The notes under the pieces: model-generated
What the model was told of the DNA's origin: nothing
The model's input: the letters and a program-made list of their open reading frames with translations, nothing else
The model's database searches: none
Translations under genes and position numbers: made by a program
Part shown: piece by piece, positions 1-8,552 of the stretch
How positions within the stretch are numbered: the first letter of the stretch is position 1
Layout: each line of letters starts with the position of its first letter
NCBI GenBank assembly: GCA_001028025.1
Contig: LDAQ01000067.1
Location: forward strand, 128 to 32,127
Origin: Faecalicatena fissicatena
GTDB taxonomy: Bacteria > Bacillota > Clostridia > Lachnospirales > Lachnospiraceae
Length of the DNA: 32,000 bases
Reading direction: 5' to 3'

Positions 1-70
1 GGATTCATGATCTGGAATTATAATTCAGCCGGAACAATTGCCGATACAGCATTAACAGCATCCGCAGCTC

Positions 71-443
71 CCGCCCGGATGCACCCAGCCTGTCCGGAAT
101 GCGGGACGCATGTCCGAAGCGGGAGCCCTACGGCAGCCCGGGAAACTTTCGTGCCCCTTTCCGGGGGCATAGAGAGCGCCGCTGGACTCACTTGGTAAAA
201 ACCGCATCGTATGGGGAGGCTAAAATCTGCTTCCGAAGCAGATTTTAAGACGGCCTGAGCCGCGCAATTCATCAGAATTGCACGTTGAATGCCGTCGATG
301 CCTCCCCATACGATGCGGTTTTTGCCTAGTGAGTCCCGGCAAACGGAAAGCCCCCGGAAAGGGGCACGAAAGTTTCCCGGGCTGCCGCAGGGCTCCCGCT
401 TCGGACATGCGTCCCACGTTCCGGACAGGCGTCCCTCCGCCCC
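71..443 (+). repeat. Long-hairpin element, copy A: imperfect arms of about 140 bp (88-229 / 299-430), branched apex 230-298, conserved 5' tail 74-90 and C-rich 3' tail 431-443
   Basis: The reverse complement of 88-229 matches 299-430 apart from a few mismatches and one internal loop. It shares conserved blocks with copy C, including a near-identical 43-nt apical block (252-294 vs 19011-19053, 1 difference). GC-rich compared with its flanks. It ends at the stop codon of the minus-strand thioredoxin gene. Confidence 0.85.
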
Positions 444-754
444 TACACCCTCATCATATCAACCAGTACTTTTTTTGCCAGCACCCCGCTTGCCGCCGAC
501 ACCGGCTTTCCTCCCTTAAATACAACAAATGTCGGGACAATCTCAACCTCAAATTCTGCCGCCAGGACCTCGCTTTCATCAATCTCAATCTGACAAACTT
601 TGACCCTGCCGTTATATTCTCTGGCGATCTCGTCCACAACATCTTCCATCATGGCGCACTTCCCGCACCAGACAGCAAAAAACTCAACCAATACAGGCGT
701 TTCTGACTTCAGAACCTCCTGTTGGTAATTTTTCGCAGTCACTCTGATTTTCAT
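443..754 (-). CDS. trxA: Thioredoxin-family protein with a WCGKC active site
   Basis: The ORF translation has a thioredoxin-fold signature (VLVEFFAVWCGKCAMM...VPTFVVFKGGK). ATG at 754 has AGGTG 6 nt upstream. The ORF track begins at an upstream GTG (763), which lies inside that SD-like sequence. Confidence 0.85.
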   Translation of the reverse strand: MKIRVTAKNYQQEVLKSETPVLVEFFAVWCGKCAMMEDVVDEIAREYNGRVKVCQIEIDESEVLAAEFEVEIVPTFVVFKGGKPVSAASGVLAKKVLVDMMRV

Positions 755-780
755 AGACAACACCTACATTCCTTCGCAAT

Positions 781-924
781 TTATTTACCACGGCATTTAC
801 CGCCGTTATTCAATATTTCACACACCTCGTCAAGTGAACGCTTCAGACACATCAGCTTGCGGTTCAAATCGGGTCTGCAGTACATCTTGCCACAAACAAA
901 ATTCTTCCATCCTCTTCCTCGCAT
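781..924 (-). CDS. Possible small Cys-rich ORF of 47 aa (MRGRGWKNFVCGKMYCRPDLNRKLMCLKRSLDEVCEILNNGGKCRGK)
   Basis: Hand translation of the minus strand. AGGAG lies 4 nt upstream of the ATG. There are 5 Cys, including a CGK motif, and the ORF sits directly upstream of the thioredoxin gene. It is below the 60-aa ORF-track cutoff and I recognise no homology. Confidence 0.25.
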   Translation of the reverse strand: MRGRGWKNFVCGKMYCRPDLNRKLMCLKRSLDEVCEILNNGGKCRGK

Positions 925-989
925 AATACTCCTGACGGCCTACTTAAGGCCTGCATCTCCTCACAGTTATAATATGTAAGATCCGCCGA

Positions 990-1031
990 AATGTGAAAGA
1001 GGACGTAACTTTTCCTCTAAGTTGCGTCCTC
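990..1031 (-). terminator. Putative intrinsic terminator after trmB
   Basis: A 12-bp stem (999-1010 / 1020-1031, 1 mismatch) with a 9-nt loop. On the minus strand it is followed by TTTCACATT, which is a weak U-tract. Confidence 0.45.
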
Positions 1032-1047
1032 CTGTGATCCCATTACT

Positions 1048-1698
1048 TTATTTTCTCTTAGCTATCATCTTGTTGATCGGGTTCCCCTTGGCGGAAAACT
1101 TTTCCTCATACTCTGTCATTACATTTCCTTTGCTCATCAGCTCATGATGATGCAGATCATATGTATAATGCTCCAGGGTCCACGATGATTCCCTTACCTG
1201 TTCCAGCGAAAAGTTAAACAGCTCGGTATTATCTGTCTTAAACTCCAGTACCCCTCCATGGATAAGAATCTGTTCGTAACGATCAAGATATTCCCGTGAT
1301 GTCAGCCTTCTCTTCTCATGTCGTGCTTTTGGCCATGGGTCCGAAAAGTTCAGGTAAATCTTCTGCACTTCATTCTGCGCAAAAACGTCTGCCACATCGC
1401 GGGCATCCATGCAAACAAAACGAACGTTTTTCAACATATTAAACTCTTCCGTATCGAACTTTTCCACGGCCCTCAGCAGCACGCTGGTATACCTCTCAAT
1501 GCCGACAAAATTAATGTCCGGATTCAGGGACGCCATCTTTAGCAGAAACCGGCCCTTACCCATGCCGATTTCAATATGGATAGGATTCGTATTGCCAAAT
1601 ACCTGACGCCAGCAGCCTTTCTGTGCTTCCGGACGTTTAATCACTGCCGGATGGTTCTGAATTGTTCCATCCGCGCGCGGTATGTTCCTTAGTCTCAT
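1048..1698 (-). CDS. trmB: tRNA (guanine-N7)-methyltransferase
   Basis: The 216-aa translation is typical of TrmB (IEIGMGKGRFL SAM-binding motif, NFSDPWPK). A strong RBS (AAGGAG) lies upstream of the ATG. Confidence 0.9.
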   Translation of the reverse strand: MRLRNIPRADGTIQNHPAVIKRPEAQKGCWRQVFGNTNPIHIEIGMGKGRFLLKMASLNPDINFVGIERYTSVLLRAVEKFDTEEFNMLKNVRFVCMDARDVADVFAQNEVQKIYLNFSDPWPKARHEKRRLTSREYLDRYEQILIHGGVLEFKTDNTELFNFSLEQVRESSWTLEHYTYDLHHHELMSKGNVMTEYEEKFSAKGNPINKMIAKRK

Positions 1699-2015
1699 AA
1701 TATATAGCTCCTTTTTCTTTGCTTCTTTTTCCGTTACTTCACCTAAATCATGTTTTTTATTTTCGTTTATGGTAAGTATAATACAGTACAGCCAAAAATC
1801 AATCCTCTTACTGCTAAAAATTTATTTTTTTCTATTCCTTATAAAAATTAAAATTTTTCTCTATTATATATAATATCATGCCTGATGGTGCAGGTCAAAG
1901 TGCACTTGCATTTACTGCCGAATTTTAAGATGCACACTCTTAAAATCCGCATAAATCGCCAAAAACCAAGGAATTTTGCATCTTTTTAATCGCCCAAAAA
2001 CGACATTTGCTTAAC

Positions 2016-2043
2016 TTGATTTTTTTTTAAAAAGGTGTATTAT
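2016..2043 (+). promoter_or_regulatory. Candidate sigma-A promoter of the V-ATPase operon
   Basis: TTGATT (2016-2021), 16-nt spacer, TATTAT (2038-2043) with TG immediately upstream, about 40 nt before the first ATG. The region is AT-rich, so the call is weak. Confidence 0.3.
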
Positions 2044-2081
2044 AAATACAACTACTATCAATAAATAACGGGAGGCAAATT

Positions 2082-2393
2082 ATGGACTCTATTGTAAAGA
2101 AATTATCCGAAATAGAATCTGCCGCCGCTGCTATCGTAGAACACGCAGAAGCGCACAAAGCAGTCCTTGATGACGAATTCCAGGGAGCGCGCCGCAAGTT
2201 TGATAATGAGCTGGAGGCAAAAACGCAGACCAGGATCAAAAAGATACGGGATGAGCTGGAACGCAGCACGACAAAGCTTCTCGACAGCCAGAGCGGAGCA
2301 AACACCGATTCCATCGAGGCTCTTCAGAAAGAGTATGAAGAAAAGCATACGATCTACGCCAGGCAGATTTTAAAACGTATCACAGAGGTGTAG
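2082..2393 (+). CDS. Small coiled-coil protein, probable V/A-ATPase peripheral-stalk subunit (G/H-like)
   Basis: First gene of the ATPase operon. It is 103 aa, charged and helical (EAHKAVLDDEFQGARRKFDNELEAK), with a GGGAGG RBS. The assignment rests on position and composition, not on a recognised motif. Confidence 0.55.
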   Translation: MDSIVKKLSEIESAAAAIVEHAEAHKAVLDDEFQGARRKFDNELEAKTQTRIKKIRDELERSTTKLLDSQSGANTDSIEALQKEYEEKHTIYARQILKRITEV

Positions 2394-2396
2394 CCT

Positions 2397-3443
2397 ATGG
2401 GAAATATATTAGTTTACAGCGGTATCGTGACTAAGATCCGCGCTATGGAAGCCAGACTTTTGACACCCGAACAATTTGAAGAGATTGCAAATCTCCACAC
2501 CGTACCGGAAGTCTATTCCTATCTGAAAGATCATTCCGCCTATGCGGATGTCCTCGATGAGATTGATGAAGACCGGCTTCACCGCGGTGATATTGAGAAA
2601 GTCCTGATTCAGTCACTGTACAGGGATTATACTAAGATTTACCGTTTTTCCAGTCTGGAGCAGAGGAAGTTTTTAAAACTGTATCTTAAACGCTATGAGA
2701 TCGATCTGATTAACTACTGTTTCCGAATTGTGATCAACCATTATGCCGAACCGTTTGATTTGAACTATAAACGGCCATTTTTCGATCGCTATTCACAGAT
2801 ATCCATTGAGAAGCTGATTACCTCAAGAACCACCGATGAGCTTGTGGAGAATCTGAAGAATACGGAGTATTATGAACCTCTTCATAAACTGCGGGATTCG
2901 CAGGCTGTAACATTGTTTGACTACGATCTGGCCCTGGACTTATATTATTTTACAACCTTGTGGAAAAACAGAAAAAAAGTATTGCGGAAAAAGGAACTCG
3001 CCATCTTTACAAGGGACTGTGGTTCTAAGATAGACCTCCTGAACCTGCAGTGGATATACAGGGCAAAGAAGTATTATAAGATGGCGGCGGCTGATATTTA
3101 CTCTCTTTTAATTCCAATCCACTACAAGATTTCCGTGGATCTTATTAAGGAACTCGCAGAGGCTGCTGATTTAGAAGAGTTTTATGCAGCCGTACGCAAA
3201 TCTTCGTATACACGCCACTATGATTTCGAACAGAAGCTGACCATCGAGCAGATGTATGCAGACTGTCTTTATCATCTATATACTGTTGACAGAAGACGCA
3301 ATCCTTATTCTATTGCTGCAGTTAATACGTATTTATTCCTGAAAGAAGAAGAGCTTAGAAAGCTGACTACCGCCATGGAGTGTATCCGTTACAGCCTTTC
3401 TCCGGGCGAGACGTTAGCGTACGTTGGAGGTAGAACTCAATGA
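2397..3443 (+). CDS. ntpC: V/A-type ATPase subunit C (eukaryotic d-like)
   Basis: 348 aa. The N-terminal YSGIVTKIRAMEARLL motif is typical of the AC39/subunit C family. Operon context supports the call, and it shares an ATGA overlap with the next gene. Confidence 0.85.
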   Translation: MGNILVYSGIVTKIRAMEARLLTPEQFEEIANLHTVPEVYSYLKDHSAYADVLDEIDEDRLHRGDIEKVLIQSLYRDYTKIYRFSSLEQRKFLKLYLKRYEIDLINYCFRIVINHYAEPFDLNYKRPFFDRYSQISIEKLITSRTTDELVENLKNTEYYEPLHKLRDSQAVTLFDYDLALDLYYFTTLWKNRKKVLRKKELAIFTRDCGSKIDLLNLQWIYRAKKYYKMAAADIYSLLIPIHYKISVDLIKELAEAADLEEFYAAVRKSSYTRHYDFEQKLTIEQMYADCLYHLYTVDRRRNPYSIAAVNTYLFLKEEELRKLTTAMECIRYSLSPGETLAYVGGRTQ

Positions 3444-5386
3444 TAGTGAAAATGAAATTTGTCAATATCTCCGGTCCAAGGGATGATATTGACCGTGTAA
3501 CAGACCTCTATCTTTCCAGATATGAGATTCAGCTGGAATCCGCTCTTTCTGAGCTTAAGACAGTTGATAATCTGAGGCCTTTCGTGGAGCTCAACCCCTA
3601 CCGGGATGCTCTGAACAAGGCCATACAATTTGCCGGATTTCTTCAGAATGCAGATGAAGTTAAACCAGACGAATCCATGGGCCTGAATGATATGTTTGAC
3701 ATTGTTCGCAGATCAAATATCAGCTATATGGACATGCAGGACCAGAAAGAGAAACTGAAACGAAGTATTGAGGATCTTCGGAAAAGACAGCAGATTATTG
3801 CCCCCTTCAGGCCTCTGGAATGTGAATTAAATGAAGTCCTTCAGTATAAATATATAGCCTACCGGTTCGGCCGGATTGCCGTAGAGTATTACCACAAGAT
3901 GGAAAAGTACCTGATGGATGACCTTGGAGCTATTTTCGTGGAGGGCGAACGTGACGAGAGCTATGTGTACGGGGCATACTTCGTATCTCCCGGTGAAGCT
4001 CAGAAGGCAGATGCTGTTTTCCGATCCCTGCATTTTGAAAAAATAGATCTGCCCCCGGATTTCCAGGGAACACCCGCTGATGAATACCGTAAGCTGGTCC
4101 GCGAGATCTACAATATGGGGCAGAAGATTGAAGAGCTGGACAACAAGGCCGGAGAAATGCTCGCCAAACGGGCGCCTCAGCTGATTGCAGCCAGAAACCG
4201 GCTGGAAGAGCTGGCCAATAACTTTGATGTCCGCAAAATGGCCGCCCGCATGGAGGACAAGAAAGAAGATTATTACATCCTGTGCGGCTGGATGGCCGAG
4301 GACGATATTGAAATGTTCCTGGATGAAATCAAGGACGATGAGAAGATCTTTGTTGTTGTCGAGGATGACCACGATACTTACTTCGGAGAGCCTCCGACCA
4401 AACTGGAGAATCCGAAGATATTCAAGCCTTTTGAGATGTTTGTTCAGATGTACGGCCTTCCATCTCATAATGAGATGGACCCAACCGTATTTGTGGGGCT
4501 GACCTACTCCTTTATATTCGGCGTCATGTTCGGAGATGTGGGACAGGGGCTTCTGCTTTTAATCGGAGGCGGTCTGATCTACCACTTCAAGAAGGCACCA
4601 CTGGCCGGCATTATAGCAACGGCAGGAATCTTCTCTGCCATTTTCGGATTCATGTTTGGCAGTATCTTTGGATTTGAAGATGTCATCCCCCCATTGTGGC
4701 TGAGGCCCATTGACCATATGACTACGCTTCCTTTCATCGGAAAGCTGAATACCGTCTTTATCGTTGCCGTTGCTTTTGGTATGGGAGTCATCCTGGTGGC
4801 CATGATCCTGCACATCATTAATGCTGTGCGGTCGCACGATCTGGAGAATATATGGTTTGACTCAAATGGAGCCGCCGGATTTGTATTTTATCTCTCCGTG
4901 GTGGTCACAGTCGTGTTATTCATGACAGGACATAAGACTCCGGGCGGAATCATTCTGGCCGTAATGTTCGGTATTCCGCTGTTGTTAATATTATTTAAGG
5001 AACCCATCACAAGAAAGATCCAAAAACGAGCGGATACCATGGAGGCAAGCGCCGGGATGTTCCTTGTCCAGGGATTTTTCGAATTGTTTGAGACTTTGCT
5101 CAGCTATTTTTCCAATACGCTGTCCTTTGTCCGTATCGGAGCTTTCGCCGTAAGCCATGCTGCTATTATGGAAGTTGTCCTGCTCCTGTCGGGCGCGGAA
5201 AGCGGCTCACCCAACTGGGTAGTAATCGTTCTGGGCAATTTATTCGTATGCGGTTTTGAGGGGCTGATCGTGGGTATCCAGGTATTGCGTCTGGAATACT
5301 ACGAGATGTTCAGCCGTTTTTATAAAGGAAGCGGAAGAGCTTTTGATCCATATACTAAAAAATCCAAAAATACCAAGAAGAAGTAG
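3440..5386 (+). CDS. ntpI: V/A-type ATPase subunit I (a-subunit, stator/proton channel)
   Basis: 648 aa with a soluble N-terminal half and a polytopic C-terminal half. It contains the conserved LSFVRIGAFAVSH region that carries the essential Arg. Confidence 0.9.
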   Translation: MIVKMKFVNISGPRDDIDRVTDLYLSRYEIQLESALSELKTVDNLRPFVELNPYRDALNKAIQFAGFLQNADEVKPDESMGLNDMFDIVRRSNISYMDMQDQKEKLKRSIEDLRKRQQIIAPFRPLECELNEVLQYKYIAYRFGRIAVEYYHKMEKYLMDDLGAIFVEGERDESYVYGAYFVSPGEAQKADAVFRSLHFEKIDLPPDFQGTPADEYRKLVREIYNMGQKIEELDNKAGEMLAKRAPQLIAARNRLEELANNFDVRKMAARMEDKKEDYYILCGWMAEDDIEMFLDEIKDDEKIFVVVEDDHDTYFGEPPTKLENPKIFKPFEMFVQMYGLPSHNEMDPTVFVGLTYSFIFGVMFGDVGQGLLLLIGGGLIYHFKKAPLAGIIATAGIFSAIFGFMFGSIFGFEDVIPPLWLRPIDHMTTLPFIGKLNTVFIVAVAFGMGVILVAMILHIINAVRSHDLENIWFDSNGAAGFVFYLSVVVTVVLFMTGHKTPGGIILAVMFGIPLLLILFKEPITRKIQKRADTMEASAGMFLVQGFFELFETLLSYFSNTLSFVRIGAFAVSHAAIMEVVLLLSGAESGSPNWVVIVLGNLFVCGFEGLIVGIQVLRLEYYEMFSRFYKGSGRAFDPYTKKSKNTKKK

Positions 5387-5400
5387 GGAGGACCTTAATT

Positions 5401-5832
5401 ATGACTTTAGCAACAAAAATCGTTTTTATCGCAGCTTTAATTTTAAGTATTATCATTCCATTTGGCTATTATTTAATTGGACAGAAGAACAAGAAGCGTT
5501 ATAAAAGGACGATTGGGGTAAATGCATTCTTTTTCTTTGGCGCATTTGCAATCGCATCCATTATGATGCTGGGCGGAGAAGTCCATGCAGCTGAGGCAAC
5601 GAATGCTGCCAATTTTACCGCAATAGGACTTGGCTATCTCGCAGCCGCACTGGTTACCGGTTTATCCTGTATCGGCGGAGGTATTGCCGTGGCAAGCGCT
5701 GCCAGTGCAGCCCTCGGAGCCATCAGCGAAGATTCTAGCGTACTTGGTAAGTCCCTGATTTTCGTAGGTCTTGCAGAAGGTGTTTGTCTTTATGGATTAA
5801 TCATCTCCTTCATGATCCTGGGTAAACTGTAA
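5401..5832 (+). CDS. ntpK: V/A-type ATPase proteolipid subunit K (c-ring)
   Basis: The C-terminal hairpin has a Gly/Ala-rich helix (GLSCIGGGIAVASAASAALGA) and a carboxylate helix (FVGLAEGVCLYGLI). The N-terminal ~60 aa form two additional hydrophobic helices that do not resemble a c-subunit. Confidence 0.85.
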   Translation: MTLATKIVFIAALILSIIIPFGYYLIGQKNKKRYKRTIGVNAFFFFGAFAIASIMMLGGEVHAAEATNAANFTAIGLGYLAAALVTGLSCIGGGIAVASAASAALGAISEDSSVLGKSLIFVGLAEGVCLYGLIISFMILGKL

Positions 5833-5833
5833 T

Positions 5834-6142
5834 ATGAAGATGTATTTAATCAGTGATAATGTCGATACCTATACAGGAATGCGTCTTGCAGGTGTGGACG
5901 GCGTTGTTGTCCACGAGCGCACAGAGCTTCACGAAGCGCTCCAGAAGGTTCTGCAGGACAAGACAGTGGGCATTGTTCTGCTGACGGAAAAGTTTGGAAG
6001 AGAATTCCCTGACATAATCGACGAATTCCGCCTTGAAAGAAAGATGCCGCTGCTGATCGAGATTCCTGACAGACACGGAACCGGCCGTAAAAAAGACTTT
6101 ATCACATCCTATATCACTGAGGCCATAGGTCTGAAGCTGTAG
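5834..6142 (+). CDS. V/A-type ATPase subunit F
   Basis: 102 aa. MYLISDNVDTYTGMRLAGVDGVVV is typical of the ATP-synt_F family, and the operon context agrees. Confidence 0.85.
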   Translation: MKMYLISDNVDTYTGMRLAGVDGVVVHERTELHEALQKVLQDKTVGIVLLTEKFGREFPDIIDEFRLERKMPLLIEIPDRHGTGRKKDFITSYITEAIGLKL

Positions 6143-6149
6143 ACCAGTA

Positions 6150-6776
6150 TTGAAACAAATGGATATTAAAAAAGAAGGAGGTACCCTCTTGACTCTGGAA
6201 GAAAAATTTGCACACCTGCAGTCTACCTCCATGGAGGAAGCAAGGGCTGAGGGCAATGCTATCATAGACACTTACCGTGAGGCGCTGGAAAAAGTTTTAG
6301 AAGATCACAAAGAAGAGGCGCTCCGCCAGTCCGAGACCCGTATCAAGGCTGAAACAGTCAGCGCCAAACAGCAGCTGAACCAGGCCATGGCCAAATCACA
6401 GCTGGAATTGAAGCGTATGCAGGGTAAGGTCCAGCAGGATTTAAAAGATAAAATCTTTGCAGAGACCGTTGCGTTAGTTCATGATTTTATGAAAACAGAA
6501 GCGTACGAAGACTATCTTATAAAATGCATCCGCAAGGCAATCAATTTTGCTGACGGAGAAGCAATGGTCATATATATCAACCCCTCTGATGAGAACCGCC
6601 GTTCCGATCTGGAGGACGCTTTAAGTACAAGGCTTACGATCAGCGCCGAAGATTTTATCGGCGGTATGCGTGCGGTCATCAGAAGCCGTAATATTCTGAT
6701 CGACAATTCATTTAAGACAGCACTTCGGAATGAATATGATAAGTTTGTCTTTTTAGGAGGTGACGGCATTGCTTAA
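6150..6776 (+). CDS. ntpE: V/A-type ATPase subunit E (peripheral stalk)
   Basis: A charged helical N-terminus with a globular C-terminus, in operon context. The start is ambiguous. TTG at 6189 has the best SD (GAAGGAGG 7 nt upstream) and would give about 195 aa. Confidence 0.8.
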   Translation: MKQMDIKKEGGTLLTLEEKFAHLQSTSMEEARAEGNAIIDTYREALEKVLEDHKEEALRQSETRIKAETVSAKQQLNQAMAKSQLELKRMQGKVQQDLKDKIFAETVALVHDFMKTEAYEDYLIKCIRKAINFADGEAMVIYINPSDENRRSDLEDALSTRLTISAEDFIGGMRAVIRSRNILIDNSFKTALRNEYDKFVFLGGDGIA

Positions 6777-8535
6777 TACTGGAACTATATACGGAATCAA
6801 CGGTCCCGTCATTTATCTGAAGGGCAATACGGGTTTCCGCATGTCGGAAATGGTATACGTAGGTAAGGAAAAGCTGGTCGGTGAGGTAATCGCCCTGGAT
6901 AAGGACCTGACGACAGTACAGGTTTACGAGGAGACAACCGGGCTTTGTCCCGGAGAAGAGGTTGTCGCAAGCGGCAGCGCCGTTTCCGTCACGCTGGCTC
7001 CCGGCATCCTGAATAATATCTTTGACGGCATTGAACGTCCCCTCGAGAAGATCGCCGAGAACGGCGGCGCATTTATTACCCGTGGTGTCAGCGTAGATTC
7101 GCTGGACCGCACAAGAAAATGGCCCGCACATATTGTTGTCTCAAAAGGTGATTATCTCCATGCCGGGGACATTATAGCGGAAGTACCTGAAACCCATGCT
7201 ATTACACATAAGTGCATGGTTCCTCCCAATATGGAGGGTACCGTAACGGACACCGCAGAAGACGGGGAATATACAATCGACGAAACGCTGATTACTCTGG
7301 AACTTGCTGACGGAACGCGCAAAAAACTGACCATGACGCAGCACTGGCCGATCCGCGTGGCCCGCCCTACTCATCACCGTTTTCCCGCATCCACACCGCT
7401 GATTACAGGCCAGCGTATTATCGATACCATGTTTCCTATCGCAAAGGGCGGTACAGCTGCCGTTCCCGGCGGATTCGGAACCGGTAAGACTATGACGCAG
7501 CATCAGATAGCAAAGTGGTCAGATGCCGATATTATCATCTACATCGGCTGCGGCGAGCGCGGCAATGAGATGACCCAGGTTCTGGAAGAGTTCGGACAAT
7601 TGACCGACCCCAGAACCGGCAATCCGCTGATGGACAGAACCACGCTGATCGCCAATACATCCAACATGCCTGTGGCTGCCCGTGAAGCCAGTATTTATAC
7701 AGGCCTCACACTGGCCGAATATTACCGGGATATGGGATATGATGTGGCAATTATGGCAGACTCCACTTCCCGCTGGGCTGAAGCCCTCAGAGAGCTCTCA
7801 GGACGTCTGGAAGAGATGCCCGCAGAGGAAGGATTCCCCGCCTATCTTGCATCCAGGCTTTCCGCTTTCTATGAGCGTGCCGGCATGATGCACAATTTAA
7901 ACGGAACCGATGGTTCTGTAACGATTATCGGTGCGGTTTCTCCCCAGGGCGGCGACTTTTCCGAACCGGTAACACAGAATACCAAGCGGTTTGTCCGCTG
8001 TTTCTGGGGATTGGATAAAAGTCTTGCCTACGCCAGACATTTCCCGGCCATCCACTGGCTGACCAGCTACAGCGAGTATCTCGGGGATCTTGCGCCCTGG
8101 TATCAGGATCATGTCTCCCCCAAGTTTGTAGATTACCGTAACCGCCTCATGGCACTCCTGAATCAGGAGAGCAGCCTGCTGGAAATCGTAAAGCTGATCG
8201 GAAGCGATGTGCTGCCCGATGATCAGAAGCTGGTTCTGGAGATCGCCCGTGTCATCCGCCTTGGGTTCCTGCAGCAGAATGCATTCCACAAGGATGATAC
8301 CTGCGTATCTATGGAGAAGCAATTTTTGATGATGGACATTATTTTACATCTTTATAAACAATCCCGTGCACTCGTAACTATGGGGCACCCGATGTCCGTA
8401 CTGAAATCAGAGAACATTTTCGATAAAATCATCTCGATCAAATATGATGTGCCTAACGACAGGCTGGAAATGTTTGCCCAATACAGACGTGACATCGATG
8501 CTTTCTATCAGCGTGTACTGGAAAAGAATGCTTAA
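6760..8535 (+). CDS. ntpA: V/A-type ATPase catalytic subunit A
   Basis: Walker [10 protein letters not shown], and the non-homologous-region insertion typical of A subunits. The likely true start is TTG 6769 (GGAGG 8 nt upstream). It overlaps the end of the E gene. Confidence 0.95.
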   Translation: MTALLNTGTIYGINGPVIYLKGNTGFRMSEMVYVGKEKLVGEVIALDKDLTTVQVYEETTGLCPGEEVVASGSAVSVTLAPGILNNIFDGIERPLEKIAENGGAFITRGVSVDSLDRTRKWPAHIVVSKGDYLHAGDIIAEVPETHAITHKCMVPPNMEGTVTDTAEDGEYTIDETLITLELADGTRKKLTMTQHWPIRVARPTHHRFPASTPLITGQRIIDTMFPIAKGGTAAVPGGFGTGKTMTQHQIAKWSDADIIIYIGCGERGNEMTQVLEEFGQLTDPRTGNPLMDRTTLIANTSNMPVAAREASIYTGLTLAEYYRDMGYDVAIMADSTSRWAEALRELSGRLEEMPAEEGFPAYLASRLSAFYERAGMMHNLNGTDGSVTIIGAVSPQGGDFSEPVTQNTKRFVRCFWGLDKSLAYARHFPAIHWLTSYSEYLGDLAPWYQDHVSPKFVDYRNRLMALLNQESSLLEIVKLIGSDVLPDDQKLVLEIARVIRLGFLQQNAFHKDDTCVSMEKQFLMMDIILHLYKQSRALVTMGHPMSVLKSENIFDKIISIKYDVPNDRLEMFAQYRRDIDAFYQRVLEKNA

Positions 8536-8552
8536 AGGGGGAAAACAATCTC

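Noticed and set aside
7-706. Track ORFs 7..198, 18..272, 220..417, 278..706 and 289..519, overlapping on both strands
   Set aside because: They run through the two arms of hairpin element A, so each is mirrored by an ORF on the other strand. None has an SD sequence, and the composition is Pro/Arg/Gly/Ala-rich as expected for GC-rich palindromic DNA. The shared peptide (LMNCAAQA) with ORF 18735..19067 simply reflects the conserved apical block.
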